A stretch of 63,933 nt of DNA, counting the filler, from Octopus bimaculoides (Eukaryota), in NCBI RefSeq assembly GCF_001194135.2. It is 6 parts of 6 records of this genome, joined end to end, with 100 filler letters (N's around TTAATTAATTAA, not from the genome) between each part and the next. Parts side by side here need not be neighbours in the genome. Positions count along the whole stretch, not along the records: positions 1 to 5,207 come from NW_026404602.1; positions 5,308 to 24,606 come from NC_069004.1; 4 more parts are not named here. One strand, written 5' to 3'. Position 1 is the first letter of the stretch, and each line of letters opens with the position of its first letter. The position numbers and the translations under genes were made by a program. Shown piece by piece: positions 1 through 12,335 of this stretch. The notes under the pieces were generated by a model. That model was not told where the DNA came from. It was given only the letters and a program-made list of their open reading frames with translations, and made no database searches.

Positions 1-743
1 TAGGTATATGCCAGACCGTGTTAGTTTAAGAACCATTTTGTGTCAAATGAGTGCTGGTTCACATCTACCACCTCTCAGTTGTGAAATGACACATTAAACA
101 TGAGGTAACAAAAGATAAATACATGGAGAGATGGGAGCGTTTCACGAAAATCGATTTATTTGGTAGCAGTATCTGTCTGGAAAGAATGTGGAAACAATAT
201 TTATTCTTTCAGAATTGTAGTTGCAAAACAGTAAATATAATAGTTGATATAATGACAAGAATAATTCTGTAACAAAAATTATATATTAAAAATTTAATTT
301 AGCCTTCCTTGTTTGCCAAAAATGAATGGGAAAGTACAACATTGTCATTAATCCATTCACTAATTTTGAATAGGTTTAGAACCGATATCTTTTAGGGAGT
401 TAACGTGTAGCATAATGCAACCAAAGCTTATATTCTTGGAGAGCGTATAGATAAAATAGTAATTTGAGAATTACTACACATTGTAGAAACGTGATAATTG
501 CAACAGGAAATGTTTTAGGTACTAAATATTTGGTATATTCGAATAGTGATTGCGTTCTATCTTACGAAGTGCAGAAAATCGGATTGTTCCGAATTGAGAT
601 CGTGTTAACCAGTGTAGTTTGTAAAATATAATATGGTATCATTGTTACTAAAGAAATAGAAGACACCGAATAAACAGCGATCCTACATACTAGAAAACGC
701 AAGATTTTTCTTTAGTATTTATGGATGCGATATCTATATCTAT

Positions 744-968
744 CTGGCGATGGCGAAAGAATGTGTATGGTGGACGCGTCTGAAAGGTCTAGAGACAAAG
801 ACTTTCCTCTCTGGGCAATCTCTCATCAACTTCTTCAAGTATCACCTGAAGAGGAAGGTGAGAGTAGAAAGGGAAGTCTTGTCTAGTGAATGCTTCAAAA
901 AAAGATAGGTGAATGTAGCAAGGATGGCACGTGTGAACGACGGAGCCATCTTGAGCATAACCCTATGA
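744..968 (+). mobile_element. 3' remnant of an L1/Tx1-like LINE ORF2 (decayed)
   Basis: Translates to LAMAKECVWWTRLKGLETKTFLSGQSLINFFKYHLKRKVRVEREVLSSECFKKR*VNVARM with an in-frame stop. Homologous to 40405-40905(-) (VAMAKAVA*WTRLE...RVEREVLSLNVFIQRWVKV). Confidence 0.6.
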
Positions 969-1334
969 ACAAAAAAAAATTCAAGAAAAAAAAAAGAAAA
1001 CAAAAAGGCAAAAGAGAGTCATTTACTGTTATAGTTTCTTCAATGAGAATATTGACCAAGGTTACCGTGCTNNNNNNNNNNNNNNNNNNNNNNNNNNNNN
1101 NNNNNNNNNNNNNNNNNNNNNNNNNNNNNNNNNNNNNNNNNNNNNNNNNNNNNNNNNNNNNNNNNNNNNNNNNNNNNNNNNNNNNNNNNNNNNNNNNNNN
1201 NNNNNNNNCCTTTTCCTTCCTACGATCCCTTTTGATCGACCCCCACTTTTTTTCCTTCCCCCTCCCAAAAAGAAAAGCTCTACATTGTATTTGTCCCATC
1301 TTCGTTGAGCCCTGTGTGGCTAATAAAAGAAATG

Positions 1335-1383
<49 letters not shown>

Positions 1384-2189
1384 GTCTGTCTGTCTGTCTT
1401 TATGTCTGTCTTTATGTCTGTCTGTCTTTATGTCTGTCTGTGTGTCTGTCTCTCTGTCTATCAAATTGTCAACAAGATTATTAAATGGAAAATAGAATTA
1501 TGTGGAAAATTATAAACTCACTTAAAACAATTTTATTTCGTCGTAAACATTTCAGCAATGGTGAGGATAGGTTACACAGTGTCTAAAAACATATATATGA
1601 AATATGTTCTTTAAGAACGATTGTACAGCAGCAAAGAGGATAAGTGCTAACAAGTACATTTCATACTTTACTGTTGAAAGGGTATACAATTTTTGTTTGA
1701 TATATTACAATGCCTGTAAAATAGCTTCTATTTTGGAATTATTAAATAAATGAAAATTTTTAGTTGTGGTTTTTCTATAGGTAAGATCACCTAAAATGTC
1801 AATGAATTAAACATCCAAATATTGTCGTCATTGAATCTAATATATAAGTCCAGTTCATTTAATATACGATCTTCAAAGAAGTTAAATAACCATACCTAAT
1901 TTGAAAAATGATTCATACATTAATATTCAGCCTTACATCTTTATTTAATGGCGACGAAAGAGAAAATTCAATTGCCGAGAGGCTGAAATATATATCGACA
2001 ATGTAGATAATGTAAAACATTTTGGGAAAGATAGGTGTTAGAGTGAGGTGTATTATCGAATGAGGCACGTATTCGAAAATGCTCCCTGAATTTTTCATAC
2101 ATCAATAGTTCGCAAGTGATTACTAGATAACACTAAATCAACAAACAGAATAAGGATACCTTAAAAGCTGAGACCCACTAACCTTAATT

Positions 2190-3310
2190 ATAGATCAGAG
2201 ATATAACATGAATCACAAACCTTTGATCGTTCATGCATGTAAGATGCTAAAACGCATGAATTGAGGAAAGCTAATTACATATGTATATGTTTCCACTCTC
2301 CAACTCACACACATACACACATGCCCACACGCGCACACACAGATATACATATGTAGGTGCAAATTAAGACTCACGTTCAAATTAGCAAGAGACACTCGGT
2401 CAGTAAACGCTTACAAAGTGAATTAGAAAATAATCGATGAAACAAAACAAAAAAGCAAAACAAGAAAAACAAACAAATGTACTCCCAAGAGACTTACGCC
2501 CGGCAGCCATTTTGAAATCTGTTATTCACAATATTTACAATGTTTCTTGATTTCTAATCAAACTAAACCGATATGGTCTCAAAATTTAAATAAAATCTCG
2601 TGAAACAATTCGACGTTTTATAGGGTTAATAATAAATTAAATTCTCTTATTCAGTTTTATAAACGTCATTCTTGTACATCCTACGTTCAGAGTTTTTTTT
2701 TTTATTACATTAAAGAATATTATTGCAGGCGAAAAGCGTTCATTTCATAAAAAAAATTAGTGTGGAATGTACTATGCAGACAAACATAATACAATGTACT
2801 CGTTAACTCGGAACTCATTTCTAAATATATTTTCATTGAAACTGTCTATTCAAACACGCATTCACTACATATCTTACGTTATATTCATTCGGAGATCAAA
2901 ATATTTAACATTTTCGAAGGTATTGCAGAGTGATTTTGGCATGGATACCTGGATTTCACCTCTTTCCAGAAGGATTTGCCCTGCCGTACTTTAAAAGAAA
3001 TACTGTTATTTTACTGCTTCCCGAATAGTTGCCCTCTCAGTAAATACAAAAAAGGTAAATTACCTCACGATAAAACTTTATGTCATCTGAAATATAAAGC
3101 CCAGGTGAACTGATTTCGACAATTACAAAATATGCATTGTGCAGGAAGGGTGTTGGACTATGCGCTCAACTTGTGGCAGTTTATAATTGCAGCGATGATA
3201 CCCAAGACAGATAGGTAACCTTAACATTATGCGCACCAATTCATGCGTTTTAGCATCTTGCATACATGAACGATCAACGGATTGTGATTCATATTATGTC
3301 TCTGATCTAT
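2190..3310. repeat. ~74-bp inverted repeat pair (2190-2263 / 3237-3310) enclosing ~970 bp; possible non-autonomous DNA element
   Basis: agatcagagatataacatgaatcac...aacgcatgaattg matches the reverse complement of caattcatgcgtttt...gtctctgatct with few mismatches. Confidence 0.55.
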
Positions 3311-4170
3311 TGCGTCGAAAGATTTCTATAGCAATGCGCTGTAGTATGTTATAAAAGTTAAAGAAAACTCAGTAAAATTAAATCGATATTTATGACTCAG
3401 AAATATGATTAAGCATTTAAAAGTTCACTAGTGGATCACTCTAAGGTCCACACACATGCAACATACGCACACGATATATCAAATAAAACTCAACTCATTA
3501 CCTTAGATGTATCTGAGAGAAGCTGTAAAGCTAATTGATCGTTAGGGTTCTGATTCTCACATGTTCTAAAAACTAGAGACATTCAAAATAGACCAGAGAA
3601 CTGCAAACCACACAAGACCATGATATAAATTTTACGAGCAAGGGACTATTCTGTTTAACAAGTAGATAACAATTTTGTCGCATTGCTTGTGATAGCCAAC
3701 CAGTAGAAAATCTGTTTTGTTGACAACCATGCATTACATTAAATTTTTTTGTAAGATATATCAAGAGGGTTTAGATATCTTTTCATATATTTCATATATT
3801 TTTCAGATATTCTACCGTTACGTAACTCATTGGATTATGAAGTAGCTCTAGCAGAGTGATTTTGGATTTCACCGCTCTGCCAAAAGGATTTGCCCTGCCA
3901 TACCATACTTTTAAAGAAATACTTTTATTTTACTGCTTCCCAAATTGTTGCCCTCTCTGTAAATGCCAAAAGGGTAAATTATCTCATGACAAAATTTTAT
4001 GACGTCTGAAATATAAAGCCCAAAGTGAGGTCAGGTGAACTGATTTCGACAATTAGAAAATATGCATTGTGAAGGAAGGGTATTGGACTACATACTCAAC
4101 TTGTGGCAGTTTGTTATTGCAGCGATGATGCCCAAGACAGAATAGGTAACCTTAATATTACGTGCACCAA
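2925..4170 (+). repeat. ~315-bp dispersed direct repeat, two diverged copies (2925-3239, 3851-4170)
   Basis: Colinear blocks from gcagagtgattttgg to aggtaaccttaa...gcaccaa in both copies; no ORF. Confidence 0.8.
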
Positions 4171-4926
4171 ACCTTTAGTTGTGATGTGCTGAGTGTCCTT
4201 TGCAGAAACACTAAGACACACACACACGTACACGAGTAACTATATGTGTATGTTTGTGTCTATGTATGTTTGTGTGTATGTATGTTTGTGTATGTGTGTG
4301 TGTATGTGTGTGTCTATGAATGTATCTGTACGTGAACCAGGTAGGTGATGAAGTCGTTCAGTTGCGTGAAAAGAAAAGAAAAACAAATTTCGGAAAGGCT
4401 GCCGTGGATCATATATACTACGGGCTTCTTTCACTTTCGTGGGACTGAACCCGGAACCATGCGGTTGGTAAGAAGCAACTTACCACGCAGCCACTCCAGC
4501 GCCTATATTTTACTAATTTGCTTGTACGGCTGGTATTCCTTTGCCATTAGTGATGTCATTTTTGATAGTAGTATCGCTCTCATATTTACTTATAAATAAA
4601 TAAATGAATAACTATATATATATATATATNNNNNNNNNNNNNNNNNNNNNNNNNNNNNNNNNNNNNNNNNNNNNNNNNNNNNNNNNNNNNNNNNNNNNNN
4701 NNNNNNNNNNNNNNNNNNNNNNNNNNNNNNNNNNNNNNNNNNNNNNNNNNNNNNNNNNNNNNNNNNNNNNNNNNNNNNNNNNNNNNNNNNNNNNNNNNNN
4801 NNNNNNNNNNNNNNNNNNNNNNNNNATATATGAATAGTCACAAAATTTTTTTTTCATATATAAAGGCGGTGCTCCAGCATGGCCGCAGTCAAAGGACTGA
4901 AACAAATAAAAGAGTATATATATATA

Positions 4927-5207
4927 TACAAGGGTACTACATGAGTACGTGCAGTGCTAAAAATACAAGTTAAAAATACTTCTGTGCCACAGAATACTCA
5001 CAAAATTATGTGTATGTTTGTGTGTATGTATGTTTGTGTGTATGTATATACACACACACGGGTACTACATAAGTACGTCCATCGCTAAAAATAGAAGTTT
5101 AAAATAACTTTGTCTCACGGAATAGTCACAAAATTTAAAAAAGCATTAATTTTGCATTAATTTTGTGAGTATTCTGTGGCACAGAAGTATTTTTAACTTG
5201 TATTTTT
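4927..5207. repeat. Local foldback/duplicated element (direct copies at ~4930 and ~5060, inverted copy at ~5160-5207)
   Basis: aaaaatacaagttaaaaatacttctgtgccacagaatactcacaaaa (~4960-5005) is exactly reverse-complemented at ~5160-5207. Confidence 0.65.
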
Positions 5208-5251
5208 NNNNNNNNNNNNNNNNNNNNNNNNNNNNNNNNNNNNNNNNNNNN

Positions 5252-5263
5252 TTAATTAATTAA
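5252..5263. other. Assembly linker TTAATTAATTAA inside an N-gap (also 24651-24662, 28174-28185, 47877-47888, 60232-60243)
   Basis: Identical 12-mer always embedded in Ns; has stop codons in all six frames. Confidence 0.9.
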
Positions 5264-5307
5264 NNNNNNNNNNNNNNNNNNNNNNNNNNNNNNNNNNNNN
5301 NNNNNNN

Positions 5308-5351
<44 letters not shown>

Positions 5352-6001
5352 AGGAATGTTAAATCGGTGATCAGGAATGCGATAAAGTTGGTGATGCAGA
5401 TAAATATGAGGATTGGGAAGAGAAGAAAAGGAGGCGAAAATACAATGTGTTACTGCAAATGTTTCTTTGTGTATCTTGGACTACATTATCCCCCGCATCT
5501 TTCTTACCCTCTTTATGACAGCAGTGTATGATTTGAGGGAGATTTCACTGCTCTTTTTGCCACAGCGTATCAAGGACAAAATTATTCAAAGTATCCTTCC
5601 GTTTATAAGTATCCGTTTTTATAAACGGCAGGGTGTACCTTGAAAGATTTTTCGTTGTTACTGTATAGACTTATACTTGTTTGGTAAGGGGTTATTTTCC
5701 CAGAAGATCATCAGACAGACGATGGTTTGTGGGACATTCATTCTTCTCTGCTCTGGGTGGGTTTGGAGTTAATGTTGTTCCAAAGAGGAAAGCCAGGCAT
5801 TCCATCACCGAAGCTGCAGAGAGAGGAAGTAGGATGAGGGGTCGACTAGTGGTTTGCGAGTTGGGATTTGATGAACTGCAGCTGAGTCAACTGTGTGAAG
5901 GGAATCGGATGATGAGAGTCCTGAAAGACCCAGAAACCATAGAAGCATCACTGGTGATACATCCCAAAAACGTCCGTGAGGGGCACCGTGGAACTATGTA
6001 T

Positions 6002-6086
<85 letters not shown>

Positions 6087-6092
<6 letters not shown>

Positions 6093-6720
6093 CATATACA
6101 GGGTGTGAGGAATATTTGAGGACATTTAATAACCCGTATATTACAAATGGGAAACGGAGTGTTGTAGACTAGGGAACCAGAGAAGCAAAAGTCTTCTAGG
6201 TATTGAAAACAAGTCAGATTATGACAGTGTATTTGTACAAACATGGTGGCGAAAGACGGAAATCTCCTCCGGGAAATCACGGGAAGAATAGTGCTTGGTT
6301 GGGCAGCCTTTGGGAAGGTGAAAAACTTCATGAGATGTCCAAGGCATCCATGAAAATTGAAAGAAAGATCTTTAACGAGTACATCCTGCCAGTGATGATT
6401 TACGGCAGTGGAACATGAACTTTCAACACTACCACCATGAACACACTCATTGTAACCCAACGGAAAATGGAACGAATCATGCTCAGCATCACATTGCAAG
6501 ACAACGTCTGGATTCGACAGCATACAAGAGTCAAGAACATCATAAGAACCACCAAAGAAGACAAATATAAATGGGCTGGGAAGATCGTGTGACTGAAGGA
6601 CAACAGGTAGACAGAGTGATTGAGGCCGACCAAAGAGAAGACGGCGAGAAGATTTCACCGGTTATCTGGAGCCTACATGGACGCGACTGGCCAGACAGAC
6701 AGCGGTGGCAGGAGTCCACC
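6087..6720 (+). mobile_element. RTE-clade LINE 3' fragment (RT C-terminal region, pseudogenised)
   Basis: RKIFNEYILPVMIYGSGT*...QRKMERIMLSITLQD..WIRQHTRVKNII...KYKWAGKI, matching typical RTE ORF C-terminal motifs; stops and frameshifts present. Confidence 0.8.
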
Positions 6721-9700
6721 AATTGACTACGGCCATGCTACAGCATGGCCGTAGTCAAATGACTGAAACAAATAAAAAAATGAATGATGTGAAAGGCGAT
6801 AATGTTGAAATGTGGTACTTCTATAATGTAGCTTATTTCTGATATTATATTCCAGTGTACAGTCAAGATATTGTATTTACACGCACGGAACAATACATTG
6901 TTCCACAAAAAAATACACCTGTAAAATATTGTGCATCTCATGCGGGAGTACATGTTATACACCGACATATACAGTACTTTAAGGATAGATGTGTCTGTGA
7001 ATAGTCCGCTTCTTAATACGTTTATTTAACGAGTATGTAGTTCAGATGATTGATCAATCAACGAAATGCTCACCGTCGAAACCGACGGATGGTTCATCAA
7101 AAGCATTCTGAATTTATTCACACAGACATAGACCAAACAACATAAAACAAGTCGTTTTGATCTTAACAACTCATCTTCACTTTAAATAATATTCTCTTTG
7201 AATCTCAAACATCAGATGACTTCTCTGAACACGTCTCACCCCTCCACCTCATTCACTCGTTCCTTTTATCTTTATTATCATTGCTATGATATTTTATTAA
7301 TTATCCCCTCATTCCACTCAACCGCTTCGCTTTCACTCCTGTCTCCCCTATGTTCTTCACGTCATCGCCTCGCCCAATGTCTGCTTGCCTAGTGATGTCT
7401 GCTTTACTGCAACGAAAGTAGACAGTGCCTTATAAATTAAAATGTGGAATAAAACGCCGACCAGTCAGTCAGCCAGTCAGTGATATTTTAATTTCAGAAG
7501 TATGACGTGTGTGTGATGAAGTGTGAATAGGCAGAGACAGTGAGATGAAGAGGAGAGAGAAGCAGAGAGGAAACGAGGATAGAAGAAGGGAATGAAAAGG
7601 ATGGTTGATAGAGTAAGAGAAGGAAAAGGAAAGATAAAACAGACTTGTGGTATAGAAGAGATGAAGAGATTTAGTGTATTAGAAAACAAAGATATGTTAA
7701 ACAGATACAGAAAATTTATTAGGAGAAAACGAGGGAGAGAGAGAGAGAGACAAAGACGACAGAGATGAAGAAAGAGAAAGAAAATTACTGAGCTAATAAT
7801 TATGCAAGAAAGAGTGGCGTTGGTGAAGGAGACAGATGATAGAAAAATTCGATGAAAACAGACTGCATCAGTGGAGAAAATGTTATATAGAAAGGAGATA
7901 CGCATCTGTCTGTCTGTCTGTCTGTCTGCCTATCTGCTTATCTGTCTATCTATCTCATGTCTGTGTGCGTATATATATATATAAATAAATAAATATATAT
8001 ATAGGCAACATAGCAAATGAAGAGTTGTGTAGTGGTTTGAGAATATCAGGCTTGTTGTGAATAATTTTTGTATTAGAGCGACAATGGTATCGTCTGGATA
8101 TAAATGACATTAGATTAGCTTATATAGTCAAGTCAGACTAAATGGCAAAACGAATTAGACAATAGAAAACGAAGCCGAGTAAAACGAATATAGACAGAGA
8201 AATATATAGATAAACAGAGAAAGATGTAGAGGGAAAGCGAGAATAAAACGATATAGTATGAACGAAGCGAAAGGGGGAGAGAGAAAGTCGATAGCTTTTA
8301 ATAGACTTTTAATAGAAAGCCGTCTGTTATATATGGTTGTAGTGGATATGGAGGAAGAGTGTGTCTAATGTGTGTATAGTAGTATGACGATAGCATAATA
8401 AAAGCTTATAAATGTCAGAAGAATGTTTGATGTAATATAAGGAGGGAGGGGAGGAGAGATACTGCTAGAGTGTGTGTGTGATTCCATAGTTTGTATGTAG
8501 CTGTGTGTGCGTGCGTGCGTGCGTGCGTATGAAACAAGAAACGATTTTTAATCTAATTGGACAGTGGTGATAAATTTAAGATATCGGCAGCGGAGTGGAT
8601 TATGGAAGGGGTGGGGAGAAATGTCGACATACATTGTTCGTTGTAAGGTTTTAATTTAGAGGCTAAGCAGACAGGAATATGGGAGGGAGAGTGGGGGGGA
8701 GAGAAAGAGAGAGATTTATGTGAGTGAGAGAGGAAATAGAACGTGGGAAGGGAAAATGAGGGAGAGAGAGAAAGTGTGTGTTTGTGTGGCAGGAGGGGTA
8801 CAAAGCTGACTAGCAAGCCATGTAGAATACAGCGCAGTATGCATAGTACAGTGTGTAATATGATCGGATTTATAAACCATGAGTCATGTCTTACATTTCC
8901 GATTTTTTTTTTTTTTTTTGGTTAGTTTTGTTTTCGCGTCTGCTTAATCTGCTGCTGCTGCTTTTACAGTTAGGTAAATGGATCTCCGTCGATTTCTACG
9001 AGTAGCATTCCAGTTGACCGACCAGCAGAACATTATGCTATCTGGTTACCGACATCATTAATATATTGAATGATACCGTATGCGGATGGGCATCCTGCAG
9101 AGACATACACACGAAAACATACGCAGATCCTCAGCAGAAGCCCGAAAGATCCCTTNNNNNNNNNNNNNNNNNNNNNNNNNNNNNNNNNNNNNNNNNNNNN
9201 NNNNNNNNNNNNNNNNNNNNNNNNNNNNNNNNNNNNNNNNNNNNNNNNNNNNNNNNNNNNNNNNNNNNNNNNNNNNNNNNNNNNNNNNNNNNNNNNNNNN
9301 NNNNNNNNNNNNNNNNNNNNNNNNNNNNNNNNNNNNNNNNNNNNNNNNNNNNNNNNNNNNNNNNNNNNNNNNNNNNNNNNNNNNNNNNNNNNNNNNNNNN
9401 NNNNNNNNNNNNNNNNNNNNNNNNNNNNNNNNNNNNNNNNNNNNNNNNNNNNNNNNNNNNNNNNNNNNNNNNNNNNNNNNNNNNNNNNNNNNNNNNNNNN
9501 NNNNNNNNNNNNNNNNNNNNNNNNNNNNNNNNNNNNNNNNNNNNNNNNNNNNNNNNNNNNNNNNNNNNNNNNNNNNNNNNNNNNNNNNNNNNNNNNNNNN
9601 NNNNNNNNNNNNNNNNNNNNNNNNNNNNNNNNNNNNNNNNNNNNNNNNNNNNNNNNNNNNNNNNNNATATATATATATATATATATATATATAGATAGAT

Positions 9701-11397
9701 AGATAGATGTAAATATATAGTAGTGGTGGGAGATGTTGCTATGTAAATTGATAGTGGGTTTGGGGTGGGGAGGTTCAGTTAGACCGTTGTGTTTGATGAT
9801 TTCAAGTTGTAGTGTGTTGTGCGTTCGTTATGTTTAAGTGTAGAGCACGAGGGAGACATTAAACGAACGCGGTGGATGTGGAGGATGTGGAGGATGTAGA
9901 GAGATTAGAAATAGTATATGGGTGTGTGGTGGTGAGACTGAGCAATAGAACTACAAATAGAAACAGAAGATGAAAGTGGATTGAGTGTGGCGAGGTGGTC
10001 GGTGGTGAAGGAGGGGGAAAAATAGCTTTGAGAACCTTTATGGAAGGCAGTGAAGCATTATGAATGTCTATTTATGTTGGCAAGCAGATTAAAGATGGCG
10101 GAGAGAATATTCAAAGGACATTGTTTTTCATTTTTTTTTTCAAGTGGAAATGGGAGACAGAACACAAGAGAGAGAAAGAGGGAGGGAAAATAAGCAGACA
10201 TACAAAGGCTGTGTGTGTGTGTGTGATATAACAGTGAAGAATGTTAAGACTGTACAAGATGAAATGTTTAGATAAACAGCAACGAAGTAGAATGGCAAGC
10301 TGTAGCGGTGATGGCGGCAGAGGTGGCGGTGGTGGTGGTGGTATGCTTGGGAAAGGATGGTATTTAGGGAATGGTGATGAGAAAAGCATTCATTTTAATG
10401 GTTGACAGCGGCGCGGAGAGGCATTAATGGTGGTGGTGGTAGTGGGAAGGTAATATGTAAATGTTTATGGTGAAAGGATGGTAGTTGATAAGACTAGTGT
10501 TGGTGGGAGGTGGATGATTAATGGTAGTTGCAACAGGAGAAAACTGGAGGAGTAGGAGGAAGTGACAGAGGAGGAGAAAGAGGAGAAGGGGAAAGGGGAA
10601 GGTAATACGCTGAGTCTATGTAGATTAAATGCGAAAAACCCGAATCAAATGAAGTCAAAGGAAAAGAGAAACGAGAGAGAGAGGGGGAGAAAAGAGGGGG
10701 AGAGTAGGAGGCAGCAAGCAGGCAGCTAAAATGAAAGCCAGTTAGACTAACAACAACAGTCAGTCGGACGGACAACAGTGAGACAGACGTACAGACAGTC
10801 AGACATTCAGGCAGTGAGTAAATATTGGCTGTTTGCCGCTGGCAGACGATGAATCATCTCGCACCGAACGTTAGGTGGAGTGGTGCTACATAGTATGAAT
10901 ATTTTAGAGGATAGCATGAATGCGGTAGTGGTAGCGATGGTGGTGGCAGTAGGAGAGAGAGAGAGTAGGAGGAAGGGGAGGAAGAGAGAGATTGGCGCGA
11001 GTTAAAAGGTCAGGCAGAGTAACTAGAGCAGCCATTGCTGCTGTGAAACAAAGAGCAAATTATTGCTATACGCTTCACTCATTTCATTTCCCTCCTGACG
11101 AGAATGAAATTGAGAAAGAATAAAATGGACTCGTCCTTTTCAAATAGCTGTTTCGTCTATTTCTGTTTCGCTGTGTCTTTGATAGCATTTTGACGTGTCG
11201 TTTATTTAAGCAACTCCCGATATAGATTTGGACTCGTCTGAAAATGTTTTCGCCATAGCTTGCTTCTCTTTTCACACGTTTCTCAGCATTTAATCGACCT
11301 CTGCCATCCAACCTTCCTGCCTTCTTTCCTTCCTTCTTTTCTTCCATATCTTAACTCGGGTCTTCGTTTCCAAGAGAACGACCTTTTCACAACGAAC

Positions 11398-11430
11398 TAA
11401 AACGAACAGCTCCGCCTATTTTTATACCCA
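11398..11430 (-). promoter_or_regulatory. Candidate Pol II core promoter (TATAAAA at 11426, Inr-like TTAGTT with A at 11398)
   Basis: Minus strand reads gggTATAAAAAtaggcggagctgttcgtttTAGTTcg; ~28-nt spacing; lies in non-repetitive sequence. Motif match only. Confidence 0.2.
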
Positions 11431-12217
11431 GCTAATAATCTTTCACTTCTCTCTCCCACCATGAACTCACGTTCGTTGTTCTCAGTCTCCGACAGCCAAG
11501 TTTTTGTGTTTCCTTTCTTTCTTAGAGCTAACTATTCAAATGATAATGGTCTCGTCGACAAAAAAAAATCTATTCGCCATACTGTTTGTCTCAGTATTAT
11601 ATAACACAATACAATATTATAGATATATGTGTGTTTCATTACGACAACTGGGTTCACAATATGTATAAATGGCTCAATACACAAACATATTTACAATATC
11701 TATCTATCTATCTATCTCTTTGTTCTCTCTCTCACTCTCTCTCTCTCTCTCTCACTCATTCTCTCTCTCTAGATAGATGGATAGATAGATATAGATATAT
11801 ATGAATGAGAAATAAAAAGAAAATGGGGTAATTGACATGCAGACGTCCTTCAAGGATTATAGGTCCTTCATACAATTATATATATATATATATATATATA
11901 TNNNNNNNNNNNNNNNNNNNNNNNNNNNNNNNNNNNNNNNNNNNNNNNNNNNNNNNNNNNNNNNNNNNNNNNNNNNNNNNNNNNNNNNNNNNNNNNNNNN
12001 NNNNNNNNNNNNNNNNNNNNNNNNNNNNNNNNNNNNNNNNNNNNNNNNNNNNNNNNNNNNNNNNNNNNNNNNNNNNNNNNNNNNNNNNNNNNNNNNNNNN
12101 NNNNNNNNNNNNNNNNNNNNNNNNNNNNNNNNNNNNNNNNNNNNNNNNNNNNNNNNNNNNNNNNNNNNNNNNNNNNNNNNNNNNNNNNNNNNNNNNNNNN
12201 NNNNNNNNNNNNNNNNC

Positions 12218-12335
12218 CTGTAGTGAAGCTTGCAGAAGAATAATGTGACCAGATATGTCAACTAGCTGAGACGAATCGGGAAATATGGCGCAATCTGGCT
12301 GTTTAGCATTCAGTGTATGACGTAGGCATAATATT
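12218..12335 (+). mobile_element. Possible LINE 3' end fragment
   Basis: Encodes QLAETNREIWRNLA, resembling the LA.DR..WR terminal motif of RTE/L2-type ORF2. Confidence 0.3.

Noticed and set aside
5690-5720. CTGATGA...GAAA on the minus strand
   Set aside because: Only a 2-bp stem II, with no stem I or cleavage triplet. Similar failures at 11095, 23368, 31065, 48435 and 53977.
7073-7090. CCGTCG-AAAC-CGACGG hairpin as a Helitron 3' end or terminator
   Set aside because: No CTRR end at the proper distance and no U-tract.
9820-9872. GCGTTCGTT...AACGAACGC hairpin as a pre-miRNA
   Set aside because: Only 9 contiguous pairs with large internal loops; matches no conserved miRNA I recall.
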